A DNA stretch of 64,000 nt from Candidatus Latescibacterota bacterium (GTDB lineage Bacteria; Latescibacterota; UBA2968; UBA8231). The position numbers and the translations under genes are program-made. The number at the start of each line of letters is the position of its first letter. The stretch's first letter is position 1. Below are positions 9,442 to 19,541 of the stretch, in pieces. Location: NCBI GenBank assembly GCA_965248265.1, contig CBDFJF010000002.1:864001-928000 (forward strand), read 5' to 3'. The notes under the pieces are model-generated. The model saw only the letters and a program-made list of their open reading frames with translations. It had not been told where the DNA came from and did no database searches.

Positions 9442-11231
9442 TGATGACGGACATGATGATGAAAGGATGGACTCAGATGTCGACCCGACGATTGAACTGC
9501 CCCTCCCCTTTCACTCTAGGGGCGATGGGCGGTTTCGTGCTGGCGTGCACTCTCCTGTGCGGCGTTGTCCCTGCGGCAGCGGCCGGGACCCCGGCGGGCA
9601 CCATCATCCGCAATATCGCCATCGCAAACTACGAGGATACCAGTGGCAATCCGCTGCCTCCGGTGGAGTCGAACGAGGTGACGACGATCGTGGCGCAGGT
9701 TGCCGGCGTCGACGTTTCACCCGAAACCTCATTGCACAATGTCATCGCCGGGTCTGCTACCGTGTTCCTGGTGCAGGTTACCAACGTGGGCAATGGCGCG
9801 GACTCATTCCCGTTGACCTTGAGCGGCATCCCGGGTGGTTGGGGGGCGACCATCTACAATGACGTGAACGGCGATGGTGTTCTGGACGCGAGCGAAGAAA
9901 CCACCGAGAACGAGGTCGTGACGCTTTCATTGAACGCCGACGAAATGGCGTCCATCCTGATGAAAGTCGACGCGCCCATCGCGGCCGAGAGTGGTGAGGC
10001 CGTGACGATGACGCTGTCTGCAACATCTGACTTCGACGTCAGCATACAGGATACCGGGACCTACACGGCGAACGTAACGGCGGCGGCAGTCTCTGCATTT
10101 AAGTCAGCCACGCCAAACAATCCGAAGACCGGCGACGTCGTGACTTATACGATCACAGGAGTGAACGAGGGCACGAGTACGGCATTTGCCGTCGCCTATT
10201 CAGATCCATTGCCGACTGGCGTCACCTATGTTCCGGGTTCGATGCGTTTCGGACTCGAGGGGATTACCTATGACAGCGCCACGCCATTGAGCGACGGCGT
10301 CGACGCCGACATCGGTGATTTCAGTGGTTCCGCCGCGAACACGGTGACCTTTCTATGGGGTGATTCGCCTGGACAGCAGGTCGCCGTCCTGTTCTTCCGG
10401 GTCACCGTCATCGCGGAGCTATCCGCCGGCACCGTCGTCAGCAACACCGCCATCGTCAACTACGAAAGCCCACAGGGGATCCAGGCACCGGCCGTCGACA
10501 GCACGCCTGGTCTGTTCACAGTCGCGCCCACACCACTGCCGATCCTGTCGATCACCTCTACAGCCGGTGCCGCTGAAGCAGGTTCGTCGTTGCCTTATCC
10601 CGCCTCCGTGTCCAACGGCGGCAACGCTACTGACATATTCGATATAACGTCGTCTTCGACGGCCGGTCTGTTGTTACAGGTCTGGGTGGACGTCAACGGT
10701 GACGGTATCGCCGGAACAGCCGGTGATTTCGAGCTTACCGACACCGATGCCGACGGAGATCCGGACCTGGGCAGCATCGTCCCCGGCGCCACGGTGGAGT
10801 TGGTGTTCGTCGTAGAAGTCCCCGCTGGCGTCAGCGATGGCACCATCGACGTAACGACCATCATGGTGACGTCGTCGAATGATCCTGCCGTATCGGCTAC
10901 CGGGACGCTGACGACGACCGTCAGGGCGCCAATCGTCGCCGTGAGCAAGTCAGTCGATCCAGCGGGTACTCAGCCACCGGGTCAGGTACTGACCTATACC
11001 GCCATCGTCGCCAACGGCGGTCAGGGCAGTGCCACCAATGTGCTGTTCAGTGACGCGATTCCAACCAGCACGACCTATGTGCCCAACAGCACACTCGTCG
11101 ACGGCGTGCCCAAAACGGACATCGAGGACGGCGACAACGTCGAGTTTTCCAACCGCACCATCATCGTCGATCTGGGTACAATCGGGCCAGAGGGCAGCCA
11201 CACGATCCGCTTCAGCGTGACCATAGACTAG
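9438..11231 (+). CDS. Secreted DUF11 repeat protein (putative major fibre subunit)
   Basis: Signal peptide then GTPAGTIIRNIAIANY; TNVGNGADSF and SNGGNATDIF domains; DUF11 domains FKSATP..SDPLP..SNTA and VSKSVDP..SDAIP; DxNGDG Ca-binding loops. Confidence 0.85.
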   Translation: MMMTDMMMKGWTQMSTRRLNCPSPFTLGAMGGFVLACTLLCGVVPAAAAGTPAGTIIRNIAIANYEDTSGNPLPPVESNEVTTIVAQVAGVDVSPETSLHNVIAGSATVFLVQVTNVGNGADSFPLTLSGIPGGWGATIYNDVNGDGVLDASEETTENEVVTLSLNADEMASILMKVDAPIAAESGEAVTMTLSATSDFDVSIQDTGTYTANVTAAAVSAFKSATPNNPKTGDVVTYTITGVNEGTSTAFAVAYSDPLPTGVTYVPGSMRFGLEGITYDSATPLSDGVDADIGDFSGSAANTVTFLWGDSPGQQVAVLFFRVTVIAELSAGTVVSNTAIVNYESPQGIQAPAVDSTPGLFTVAPTPLPILSITSTAGAAEAGSSLPYPASVSNGGNATDIFDITSSSTAGLLLQVWVDVNGDGIAGTAGDFELTDTDADGDPDLGSIVPGATVELVFVVEVPAGVSDGTIDVTTIMVTSSNDPAVSATGTLTTTVRAPIVAVSKSVDPAGTQPPGQVLTYTAIVANGGQGSATNVLFSDAIPTSTTYVPNSTLVDGVPKTDIEDGDNVEFSNRTIIVDLGTIGPEGSHTIRFSVTID

Positions 11232-11281
11232 CGCCGCGACGGCGAGGAGAGAGCATGTTCGTCGCGCAAGGAGTGGGTTGA

Positions 11282-14200
11282 TTGACGATGCGGTTGAGCG
11301 CGCTAGCACTCAGCATCGTCGTCCTGGGATTGCTGGTCAGTGCAGGGGGAGCGCGGACGCCGGTCGGCACCGTCATCTCCAATCAGGCCACTGTTTCCTT
11401 TACTGACCACGGCGGACAGTCGCTCGTCAGCCACAGCGACATCGCCCGCCTGACCGTGGCCGCCGGCGTCCGCCTCGCCGTCACCGTCGACGCCCTTCCC
11501 AATCCCGTGGCGCCTGGCGACAGCCTCACGGTCGACGTCATCATAGAAAATCCAGGCAACACCGCGGCACAGGAAGTCCTCCTGACCATGGTGACGGACG
11601 TTGTCGGCTCGGTGGCCGCATTCGCCGACAGTGCTGCCATTGTTGAAGGACGGCAGATTTCCTGGCCGGCGGTGGAGATCACACCGGGTTCTCGCGTGCT
11701 GCGGCGATTTCGCGTCCACATCGATTCAACGGCTCAACACGGATCGGACTTCGGACTTGAGGCGACGGTGATCGCGGCCAATGTCGACGAACCACTGCTG
11801 CTCACCAGGCGGGTCAATATCGACTTCGCGCCCCGCCTCGTCCTCACGAAAGACGCTGATCGGGACAGCGTCACTGCCGGGGGGGTGGTTGAGTACTCCG
11901 TCCATTGCGTCAACACGGGCAATGCGACGGCGCGCGGAGTGAGGGTGCGCGATGATGTGGCGAGTGCGCTGACTCCATCATCCTCCTCACGGCCGTTCAC
12001 GAAAGCGGGATCGGTGCTGACCTGGGACGTCGGTGACCTGGAGGCCGGCGCGGTCGTTTCTTTCCAACTGCTCGTTCGCGTCAGTGACGGGGTAGTCACC
12101 GGCAGCAGCCTGCTCAACCAGGTAAGCGCGACGGCGATGGCCACCGGGCCGGATGGTGCCCCGCGATCGTTCGTCTCAGAGTCCCCCACCGTCACCGTGA
12201 CGGTGATCGATCCCGCCTTGAGTCTGGCCAAGATGGTTCAGTCAGAGTTGCCAGTTCCGGGGCGGGGTGATGTGATTGCGTATCGGCTGGAGTTGACGAA
12301 TGCCGCCGCCATTGCCGCCGGCTCCGTGGTGTTACGCGATACCCTGCCTGAACCCTTGCGGTTTGTATCGGCTGAGGCGGAGGTGCCAGTGTCGGTGAGG
12401 GAGCAGATCGTCGAGGCGACGTGGCCCGAGGTCGTTGCCGGCTCAACAGTCTTCCTGAGCATCCTGGCTCGGGTGGACTCCGTGGATACGCTGCCAGAGC
12501 TCATCACGAATCGGGCCTGGGCAGAGTCTTCCATTTCGGTGATTCCATCCAACGCCGTTGAGACGACGCTGCGCCTGGACGAGCCGACGGACGGCGAGTT
12601 GGAGCAACCCAGCAGAATCTTTGCCGGCGCGGACCTGACAATTGAGGTGCGCGACGCCGATGCCAACCACCATCCGACGGTAATCGACACCGTCACGGTC
12701 GGTGTCACCAATCAACGCAGCGGTGAGGTGGAGACACTGCTGCTACCGGAAACGGGCGTCGACACCGGTGTGTTCACGGGTGCAGTTGGAACCGCGCACA
12801 GCCAGGAACGGGGGGAGGATAACGATGGCCATCTGTTCGCTGTGCCAGCCGATCAGCTGGTCAGTACCTATTCAGACCTGCTAACGGCAACGGGCGAACC
12901 CGCGCAACGGTTGGCTCAGACCGAGGTGGCTTTGACATCGATCGCCTTGCGCGTTTATCCAGATGCCATCGTCGCCAACGGGACCGAGCGTGCCATTTTC
13001 ACAGCTACGCTGACCGATGACGAAGGCCTGCCGCTACCCGATGGCACGCCAGTGGTATGGCGGACGGATGCGGGAGTCTTCACGGAGGTGTCTGTCGACG
13101 ACGACGGACAGGCGATGACGAAGACGGTCGGGGGTGGTGGCGAAGCCAGGGTGGCGTTGACGGGGCCGCAGCTGACCCGGCGTGACACACTCATCGTCAT
13201 TGCCTCTCTAGCAGGTTTTGATTCGAATCCACTCGCACTGCAACTGCTGCCCGGCGCCATTGGTGTTCGTGTCTTCGACGATGAGCGCGGCATCGAGGTG
13301 ACGGCGGCCGATCCGGACCTGGAGGTGACGGTACGGGTTTCGGGAAGCACTTCAGCGGGGGCATCACTGTCGGAGGATATCGATCTGGACGACAATGGGG
13401 TCTTCGTCGTCGATCAGCTCCCACCGGGTGACTACTCTCTGGACGTCACGGTCGAAGACGCTGCCACGGGCAGGTTGGTTTTCGCCGGCTTGCTGCAACA
13501 GATCAGCGTCAACGACGACGGCACGGCCACCCCTCCAAAGAACAGCGTCAGCGGCAGCCTCCGTGGCCGTTCCGAATCCTCCGGAGGGCGCTATGCCGGT
13601 AGCATCGTCGAATTGCTGGACAGAGCCACAGGGGCCGTCGTCGACGAGGGTGTCGCGGATACCGATGGTGGCTATCAGTTCCACAACCTGAATCCGGGTG
13701 CCTACGATCTGCGTGTTGTCTTCGATGACGGGACCGTGGTCACGCGTCCAGTGCCCGAGCCGAGTGAGGTCATCGGAACGGCGCTCGTCAACACCGATAT
13801 CCTCATCGATCCGTTCGGTATCGTCTTCGACGCCAGCAGCGGGGAGGCTGTCCCCGGGGTGGAAGTCAGTCTGCGGATGGCCGATGACACGGTTGTGCCG
13901 CTTCCGGGTCTCAACGGAACGGGGGCCGTACCCAACGATGACAACGTCAACCCGTTTACGACAGGAGTTGACGGACGCTACGCCTTCCTGTTCGGCGGTA
14001 ACCAGGTAGGCGCCTTCGGCCGGCCACAGATGTACACCATGGCAGTCAATCCCGATGAGGGGTCTTCATTCTTGCCAAGACGGCTGCTGCTGAGTGTACA
14101 GCCGAGTCGAGCCGGACCGGTCGAATCGACGCCGATCACGATGCGGGTGAGTGCTGCCGATGGCTTGCCGTTGGCAGTTCCAAACTCCTTCGCCCTGACC

Positions 14201-16453
14201 ACGGATGATGTCGTACTCGCCGACATCGAAACCATCGCCCTGCACCTGCCGCTGTTCGCCCGCGCTGCAGTACTCGAATTCGCCAAGATCGCCCTCAGCG
14301 ACACCGTGGCACCCGGAGAATCAGTCGATTTCGGACTTGCCATCGCCAATACCGGCAATGACACCGCTCGCGCCGTACTACTGACCGACTCGCTGGGCGT
14401 CGGCTGGGAGATCGAATGGACAGACCGCGGGACCCTGGCGGCGACGGACGTCGTGCGCTGGGAACTGGGTGATATCGCACCGGGAAGGCGCGATACCCTC
14501 GGGCTGCGCGCCCGCGTCATCGCACCTCAGGCACACGGGACGGTCCTGACCAACCGTGCTCATCTGAGCGTCACGGAGGGCTTCCCGTTGCGTGCTGAGA
14601 CCGCGGTCGTCGTGCACAGTACACCCCTTTGGATACTCTCCAAACAGGCCCTGGCCGACAGTGTTACCTCCAGCCAGGACGTGGAGTACCTGCTTGAGTA
14701 CAGAAACGACGGCACGGGTGTGGCCCGCGGTGGTAGCCTCGTCGACACGCTCGCAGCCGGACTCAGTGTGGTGGCCGCAGAGGGAGCCCAGATAGACGGC
14801 AATGTCGTGCGTTGGTCGCTTGAAGATGTAGCCGTGGGCGCCACCGGCAGCCGGCGGTTGGTGGCGCGAGTCGACGCTGACTTGGTCCCGGGTAGCCTGG
14901 TTTCCAACAGAGCAGTCGTGCTCGCCCCTGATGGATCTGTCGCCGCCGCCGATTCGGCCAGCGTTATCACGCGCGCGCCGCGGATGAATCTGGTCAAGCG
15001 CGCCCTGGTCGATACTGTCACCCAGGGGGACCGGGCAACCTTCACGATCACCGTCACCAACGAGGGTGAAACGCCGGTCACTTCCGTGACGCTGGTGGAT
15101 TCACTGCCTCTTGAGTTGAGCATCGTCGACGCAGCCGATGCCGTCGTCCCGGATGCAGTCGCCGTCGAGCCGGGAGCCGTTACCTGGCAGCTTGACTCTC
15201 TGGCCGCGGGGGCAGCCGACACTTTCAGGGTAACGGTTGAAACGGAAGAAGCGGCGCTAGTCACGAACCAAGCGCGGCTGTTGATCGCATCGCAAACGAT
15301 CGCCACGGCGACGGCCACGATTGCCGTGCGTGAGCGTCCTCCGCTCGAAGTCGGTCTGGTCGCAGACGCCCCCACGCTGGAGGCGGGGGCAGTCATCACG
15401 TACACGGCACACCTGCGGGCGCCGTCATCGATCGCGGGTCAGGTCGTCGTCACCGACAGTCTGCCCGCAGCCCTCGTGTATCAAACCAGTCTGGATGGCC
15501 CGCAGCCTGAGTACGATTCCGACAGCAACGTGCTGACGTGGACGATCGCTGACCTGGGCCCAGAGGGTCCGCTGACGCTGATCTTCACGGCCGCGGTCTC
15601 GGAAGGTCTACCGCCCGGAGAATCGGTGGTGCAAAACCGGGTGGTCGCACAGCTGGGCGCTCAGCAGTTCGTTTCGGAGCGCGTCGAGACGCTGGTTACC
15701 GTGCCGTTTTTGAGGATCGAGAAGTCAGCTGATGTGACCGTCGTCGAGGTCGGTGACTTCGTCGAGTACCGCATTCAGTTACAGAACACGAGCGCGGGAA
15801 CGGACACGCTGCGCAACATCCTCATAAACGATTGGACACCGCCCGGTTTCCGCTATGCGGAAAGCACGGCCGTACTAGACGGAGTACCGCAGCAGCCGAG
15901 TCAACCCGGCTCAGGATTACTCCTGTGGTCCGTGCCGCCACTGGCGGGCAACGACGTTTCAGAGCTGATCTACCGACTGGTAGTCGGGCTCGATGCACCA
16001 TTTGGCGATGGCGACAACACGGTACGGGTCACGGCGCAGACGGCTCGCGGGGCCGATCAGGACGCTGGTCCCGTGTCGGCTCGGGTACGGGTACGCCCGG
16101 ATCTGTTCTCGCGCGGAGAGCTCATTCTGGGACGCGCCTGGATCGACGCCGATGGGGACGGTCTTTTCGACTACGACGAGGAGGTGGTCCCCGGCATCGC
16201 CCTGCTCATGGAAGATGGCACGCGCATCATCGCTGACCGCCACGGCAAGTTTTCGGTCCCCGAAGTCAGACCTGGAGATCACGTGCTGCGTGTACTCAAG
16301 CACAATCTCACCGGTCTGGAACCGACAGCCCTCGGCAGCAGGTCCGCCGGAGATCCCTGGTCGCGCTTCGTGACCGTACCGGTAGCCGGGTCTGCGAAGG
16401 CGAATTTCCCGTTCCGCCGACCAGATGAGAGTCAAACGGTGCAGGAGCCATGA
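11282..16453 (+). CDS. Large secreted multi-DUF11/Ig protein with Big_1-like, carboxypeptidase-regulatory-like and C-terminal SdrD-B-like domains
   Basis: 1723 aa; N-terminal TPVGTVISNQATVSF; about 8 DUF11-like repeats; IVANGTERAIFTATLTD (Big_1-like); GRAWIDADGDG...MEDGTRIIAD..GKFS. Confidence 0.85.
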   Translation: MTMRLSALALSIVVLGLLVSAGGARTPVGTVISNQATVSFTDHGGQSLVSHSDIARLTVAAGVRLAVTVDALPNPVAPGDSLTVDVIIENPGNTAAQEVLLTMVTDVVGSVAAFADSAAIVEGRQISWPAVEITPGSRVLRRFRVHIDSTAQHGSDFGLEATVIAANVDEPLLLTRRVNIDFAPRLVLTKDADRDSVTAGGVVEYSVHCVNTGNATARGVRVRDDVASALTPSSSSRPFTKAGSVLTWDVGDLEAGAVVSFQLLVRVSDGVVTGSSLLNQVSATAMATGPDGAPRSFVSESPTVTVTVIDPALSLAKMVQSELPVPGRGDVIAYRLELTNAAAIAAGSVVLRDTLPEPLRFVSAEAEVPVSVREQIVEATWPEVVAGSTVFLSILARVDSVDTLPELITNRAWAESSISVIPSNAVETTLRLDEPTDGELEQPSRIFAGADLTIEVRDADANHHPTVIDTVTVGVTNQRSGEVETLLLPETGVDTGVFTGAVGTAHSQERGEDNDGHLFAVPADQLVSTYSDLLTATGEPAQRLAQTEVALTSIALRVYPDAIVANGTERAIFTATLTDDEGLPLPDGTPVVWRTDAGVFTEVSVDDDGQAMTKTVGGGGEARVALTGPQLTRRDTLIVIASLAGFDSNPLALQLLPGAIGVRVFDDERGIEVTAADPDLEVTVRVSGSTSAGASLSEDIDLDDNGVFVVDQLPPGDYSLDVTVEDAATGRLVFAGLLQQISVNDDGTATPPKNSVSGSLRGRSESSGGRYAGSIVELLDRATGAVVDEGVADTDGGYQFHNLNPGAYDLRVVFDDGTVVTRPVPEPSEVIGTALVNTDILIDPFGIVFDASSGEAVPGVEVSLRMADDTVVPLPGLNGTGAVPNDDNVNPFTTGVDGRYAFLFGGNQVGAFGRPQMYTMAVNPDEGSSFLPRRLLLSVQPSRAGPVESTPITMRVSAADGLPLAVPNSFALTTDDVVLADIETIALHLPLFARAAVLEFAKIALSDTVAPGESVDFGLAIANTGNDTARAVLLTDSLGVGWEIEWTDRGTLAATDVVRWELGDIAPGRRDTLGLRARVIAPQAHGTVLTNRAHLSVTEGFPLRAETAVVVHSTPLWILSKQALADSVTSSQDVEYLLEYRNDGTGVARGGSLVDTLAAGLSVVAAEGAQIDGNVVRWSLEDVAVGATGSRRLVARVDADLVPGSLVSNRAVVLAPDGSVAAADSASVITRAPRMNLVKRALVDTVTQGDRATFTITVTNEGETPVTSVTLVDSLPLELSIVDAADAVVPDAVAVEPGAVTWQLDSLAAGAADTFRVTVETEEAALVTNQARLLIASQTIATATATIAVRERPPLEVGLVADAPTLEAGAVITYTAHLRAPSSIAGQVVVTDSLPAALVYQTSLDGPQPEYDSDSNVLTWTIADLGPEGPLTLIFTAAVSEGLPPGESVVQNRVVAQLGAQQFVSERVETLVTVPFLRIEKSADVTVVEVGDFVEYRIQLQNTSAGTDTLRNILINDWTPPGFRYAESTAVLDGVPQQPSQPGSGLLLWSVPPLAGNDVSELIYRLVVGLDAPFGDGDNTVRVTAQTARGADQDAGPVSARVRVRPDLFSRGELILGRAWIDADGDGLFDYDEEVVPGIALLMEDGTRIIADRHGKFSVPEVRPGDHVLRVLKHNLTGLEPTALGSRSAGDPWSRFVTVPVAGSAKANFPFRRPDESQTVQEP

Positions 16454-19400
16454 GGTTTATCGTCCTTGTCGGCTGCTGCATCGTCCTCGTTGTGGCCGAT
16501 GCCCTGGACGCCGTCGAAATCCAAACGCCGGCTGACAGCAGCGTCACCTACAGGGACCGGATAGCCGTTATCGCACTCGGATTGCCTGGAGTTCCCGCGA
16601 CGCTGGATGTCAATGGCGATCCCGTCGAGACCCTGGTCGTGCGCGCCGACGCGCGAGTTGACTTTCTGAATGTGGCTCTGCCCTCGGGGCCTGTCCTGTT
16701 GAGTGTGCGACAACGTATGCCGAACGGTGAGCGCAAGGCAGACAGTACTCGCATTCATGTTGTCGGCACGGCCAGTGAAGTCCTGATCGAGTTGGAGCAC
16801 ACGACGCTACCTGCTGACAGTTTGTCCCGGAGCCGCGTCGATGTCAGGGTTGTGGACGATTGGGGTATGACGCTCCCGGATGGTCAGCTCATCAATGTGA
16901 GTCTGGATCGCGGCCAAGTGCTGGCGGAAGATCTCTATGCGGCCGAACCCGGTGTACAGGTGCAGGTGCGGGATGGCCGGGCCTCGTTTGACATCATTTC
17001 GGCTGCTTCCGTGGGGGAGGGCCTGCTGCGGCTCAGCGCGGACGGGGCGCAATCAGTCCAATGGATCGGCTACACGCAACCCGTTGAGGATTGGACCGTG
17101 GTTGGGCTGGCTACTGCTCAGCTGGGTTGGCGCTCGGACAAACCGGCACCGCAAGGGATCGCGCCGCCGGCTGCCTTCAAGGGTGGCGCCTACGCCGACG
17201 GAAAAACGGCGGTGTATGCACGGGGCACGGTGGCTGACGACTACCTGCTTGTGACTTCCTACGATTTTGAACGCGACTACGACGATCGCGTCTTCCGCTT
17301 TCTCACCCCGGAACGGGTGTATCCCATCTATGGCGATGCCAGTTCCATCTTTTACGAAGCGCCATCGGCGAGTCCGTTCTACGCCAAACTATCGCGGGGA
17401 CGGGATCATCTGATGTACGGCGACTTTGCAACGCGGATGGGCGCAGACTCGGAAGTGGCTGCATACAACCGCTCCTTAACCGGAGTGTCGACGCGATTGG
17501 AAACCGAACGGGGGATGAAGGTGAAGGTCTTCGGGGCGTCCACGGATCAGTCCATACAGGTAGACGAGGTGCGGGGGGAAGGAGTCTCGGGGTACTACTA
17601 CCTGTCAGCCGCCGGCCGCGGCGTACCGATCGTCGAAGGCAGTGAACGCGTCGTCATTCAGGTGCGCGATCGCCTCCATCCCGAACTCGTCCTCAAGGAG
17701 GATGTCCGATATCGTTTTACTGACTACGAAATCGACTACGAGGCGGGCACGCTATTGTTCAAGCGACCGGTGCCCAGTGTCAGTCCCGAAGAGCACCCCG
17801 TCTTCATCGTGACGACGTACGAGGCCACCCGCTCGATCGAACAGCGCTGGACCGGAGGCGGCCATGTCGAGGTACCGATTCGGGAGCGCTGGCAACTCGG
17901 TGCCACGGCCGTGGGTGAAGAGGGGGAGGCGCGAGAGAACTATTGGCTCACAGCCGTCGACGGTCGCTTTGTGCCCACGGATGACGTCAGTGCACGGCTG
18001 GAGGTGGCGCGCTCGATGGCGGAGGCGGACGGCTGGGCATGGAAGGCGGCTGTGCGTGGTCGACTGACGGGGGAGCACCTGAGTTACGATCTTCAGGTAC
18101 GGGATGCGGGTCGCAACTTCGACAATCCCAGCAGCCCAACGGTACGGGCAGGAGTGCGCAAGGTGCGGGGTCGCGCGGTGTGGTCGCCCGCAAGTGGCAC
18201 CGAAGTGACGGCAGAATCACATAGCCTCAGCGACCGTGTCAATGATGAGGAGCGTTCCAGTGTCGCCCTGGCCACGCGCTGGTGCTGGCGGGCCCTGGAC
18301 AATCGGCTAGGCGTCGATCGTACTCGCAGCGACAGACGGAGTCAGTCCTTTCACAGTCGTACGGTCAGCGCCGCGACTTCGTGGGCGGCGTTGCCGCGGT
18401 GGACTCTCGGGGCGCAACGCGATCAGACCTTCGGTGATCAGGACCTCAGCTACCGGCCCACGCTCACGACCCTGCGCAGTCGATGGAAGCTCAACGAGCG
18501 CAGCGACCTGATCGTCGAACACGCCTTTCGTGATGGCAGTCCAATCGATTCCAGCTTCACGGCGGCGGCGCTGCAATCGAAGGTCGGCGACGATGCGACC
18601 GCCTACGCCAACTACCAGATCGACGGCGGCATTGCCGGCAGGCAGAACCAAGCTATCGTTGGTCTGCGCCATTCTTACCATCCGCGATCTCACCTGAGTG
18701 TGCACACGGCATTCGAGCGCACGTGGACGCTGCGTCAGAACGACGCCTCCAACTTCTACGCCTACAGCCTGGCAGCCGAATTTCTGCCGCCGAGAGATTT
18801 CAAGACGAGTGCTCGCTTCGAACAGCGCCGCGGCAGATCGCTGGACAAGACCGTTATCTCCGGGGCACTCGACCTGGCTGTGGGTGGAGACCTGTTCGTG
18901 TTGACGAAACAGGTCTATACGGATGAGGAGCGGGCACAGAGCAGCGGACCCAGCGGAGCGAAGGCGGGGATTCGAGCGTACCGAATCGCGAACGGGCTCG
19001 CCTATCGTCCCAGTCGTCACGATCACCTGAATGGGCTGGCTCGCTACGAACGGCGCTACGAACGCAACACCCTGGTCACGCCCGCGCATCGACGTTGGAC
19101 CGACATCGGCTCATTCGAGTTCATCTTCGAACCGAAGTCGCAGATCGAATGGTTCGCCCGCTATGCCTTCAAGATTGCTGACTTGACGACACGCGGGTTG
19201 TCAACGGAGACGCTGACGGATCTGTGGATGACGAACCTGCGCCTGGAGTGGGGGGCAAAGGCGCGCTGGGATGTGCTGGGGGAATACCGTCTGCTCACGC
19301 AGCATTACGCCGGAGAGCGCATCCACGGGGCGTCAGCGGAATGCGGCTGGATCTTCACCGGCAACGCTCGGGTGGCCGGCGGCTACAACTTTGCCGGTTT

Positions 19401-19530
19401 TCACGACGGTGATCTGGCCGGGCTTTCGTATTGGGCTCGCGGACCCTATCTCAAGATCCAGAGCAAGTTCTCGGAGGCCGCTGTTGCTCCATGGCTGGAG
19501 GGCATGCAGAGCGCGTGGGACAGCTGGTAG
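16450..19530 (+). CDS. Large outer-membrane beta-barrel protein with N-terminal Ig domains (putative secretion/assembly platform)
   Basis: Signal peptide; LPADSLSRSRVDVRV Ig domain; YPIYGDAS and YGDF motifs; long run of alternating amphipathic strands ending GPYLKIQSKF; ATGA overlap with the upstream gene. Confidence 0.78.
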   Translation: MRFIVLVGCCIVLVVADALDAVEIQTPADSSVTYRDRIAVIALGLPGVPATLDVNGDPVETLVVRADARVDFLNVALPSGPVLLSVRQRMPNGERKADSTRIHVVGTASEVLIELEHTTLPADSLSRSRVDVRVVDDWGMTLPDGQLINVSLDRGQVLAEDLYAAEPGVQVQVRDGRASFDIISAASVGEGLLRLSADGAQSVQWIGYTQPVEDWTVVGLATAQLGWRSDKPAPQGIAPPAAFKGGAYADGKTAVYARGTVADDYLLVTSYDFERDYDDRVFRFLTPERVYPIYGDASSIFYEAPSASPFYAKLSRGRDHLMYGDFATRMGADSEVAAYNRSLTGVSTRLETERGMKVKVFGASTDQSIQVDEVRGEGVSGYYYLSAAGRGVPIVEGSERVVIQVRDRLHPELVLKEDVRYRFTDYEIDYEAGTLLFKRPVPSVSPEEHPVFIVTTYEATRSIEQRWTGGGHVEVPIRERWQLGATAVGEEGEARENYWLTAVDGRFVPTDDVSARLEVARSMAEADGWAWKAAVRGRLTGEHLSYDLQVRDAGRNFDNPSSPTVRAGVRKVRGRAVWSPASGTEVTAESHSLSDRVNDEERSSVALATRWCWRALDNRLGVDRTRSDRRSQSFHSRTVSAATSWAALPRWTLGAQRDQTFGDQDLSYRPTLTTLRSRWKLNERSDLIVEHAFRDGSPIDSSFTAAALQSKVGDDATAYANYQIDGGIAGRQNQAIVGLRHSYHPRSHLSVHTAFERTWTLRQNDASNFYAYSLAAEFLPPRDFKTSARFEQRRGRSLDKTVISGALDLAVGGDLFVLTKQVYTDEERAQSSGPSGAKAGIRAYRIANGLAYRPSRHDHLNGLARYERRYERNTLVTPAHRRWTDIGSFEFIFEPKSQIEWFARYAFKIADLTTRGLSTETLTDLWMTNLRLEWGAKARWDVLGEYRLLTQHYAGERIHGASAECGWIFTGNARVAGGYNFAGFHDGDLAGLSYWARGPYLKIQSKFSEAAVAPWLEGMQSAWDSW

Positions 19531-19541
19531 GGGTGAGTGTG

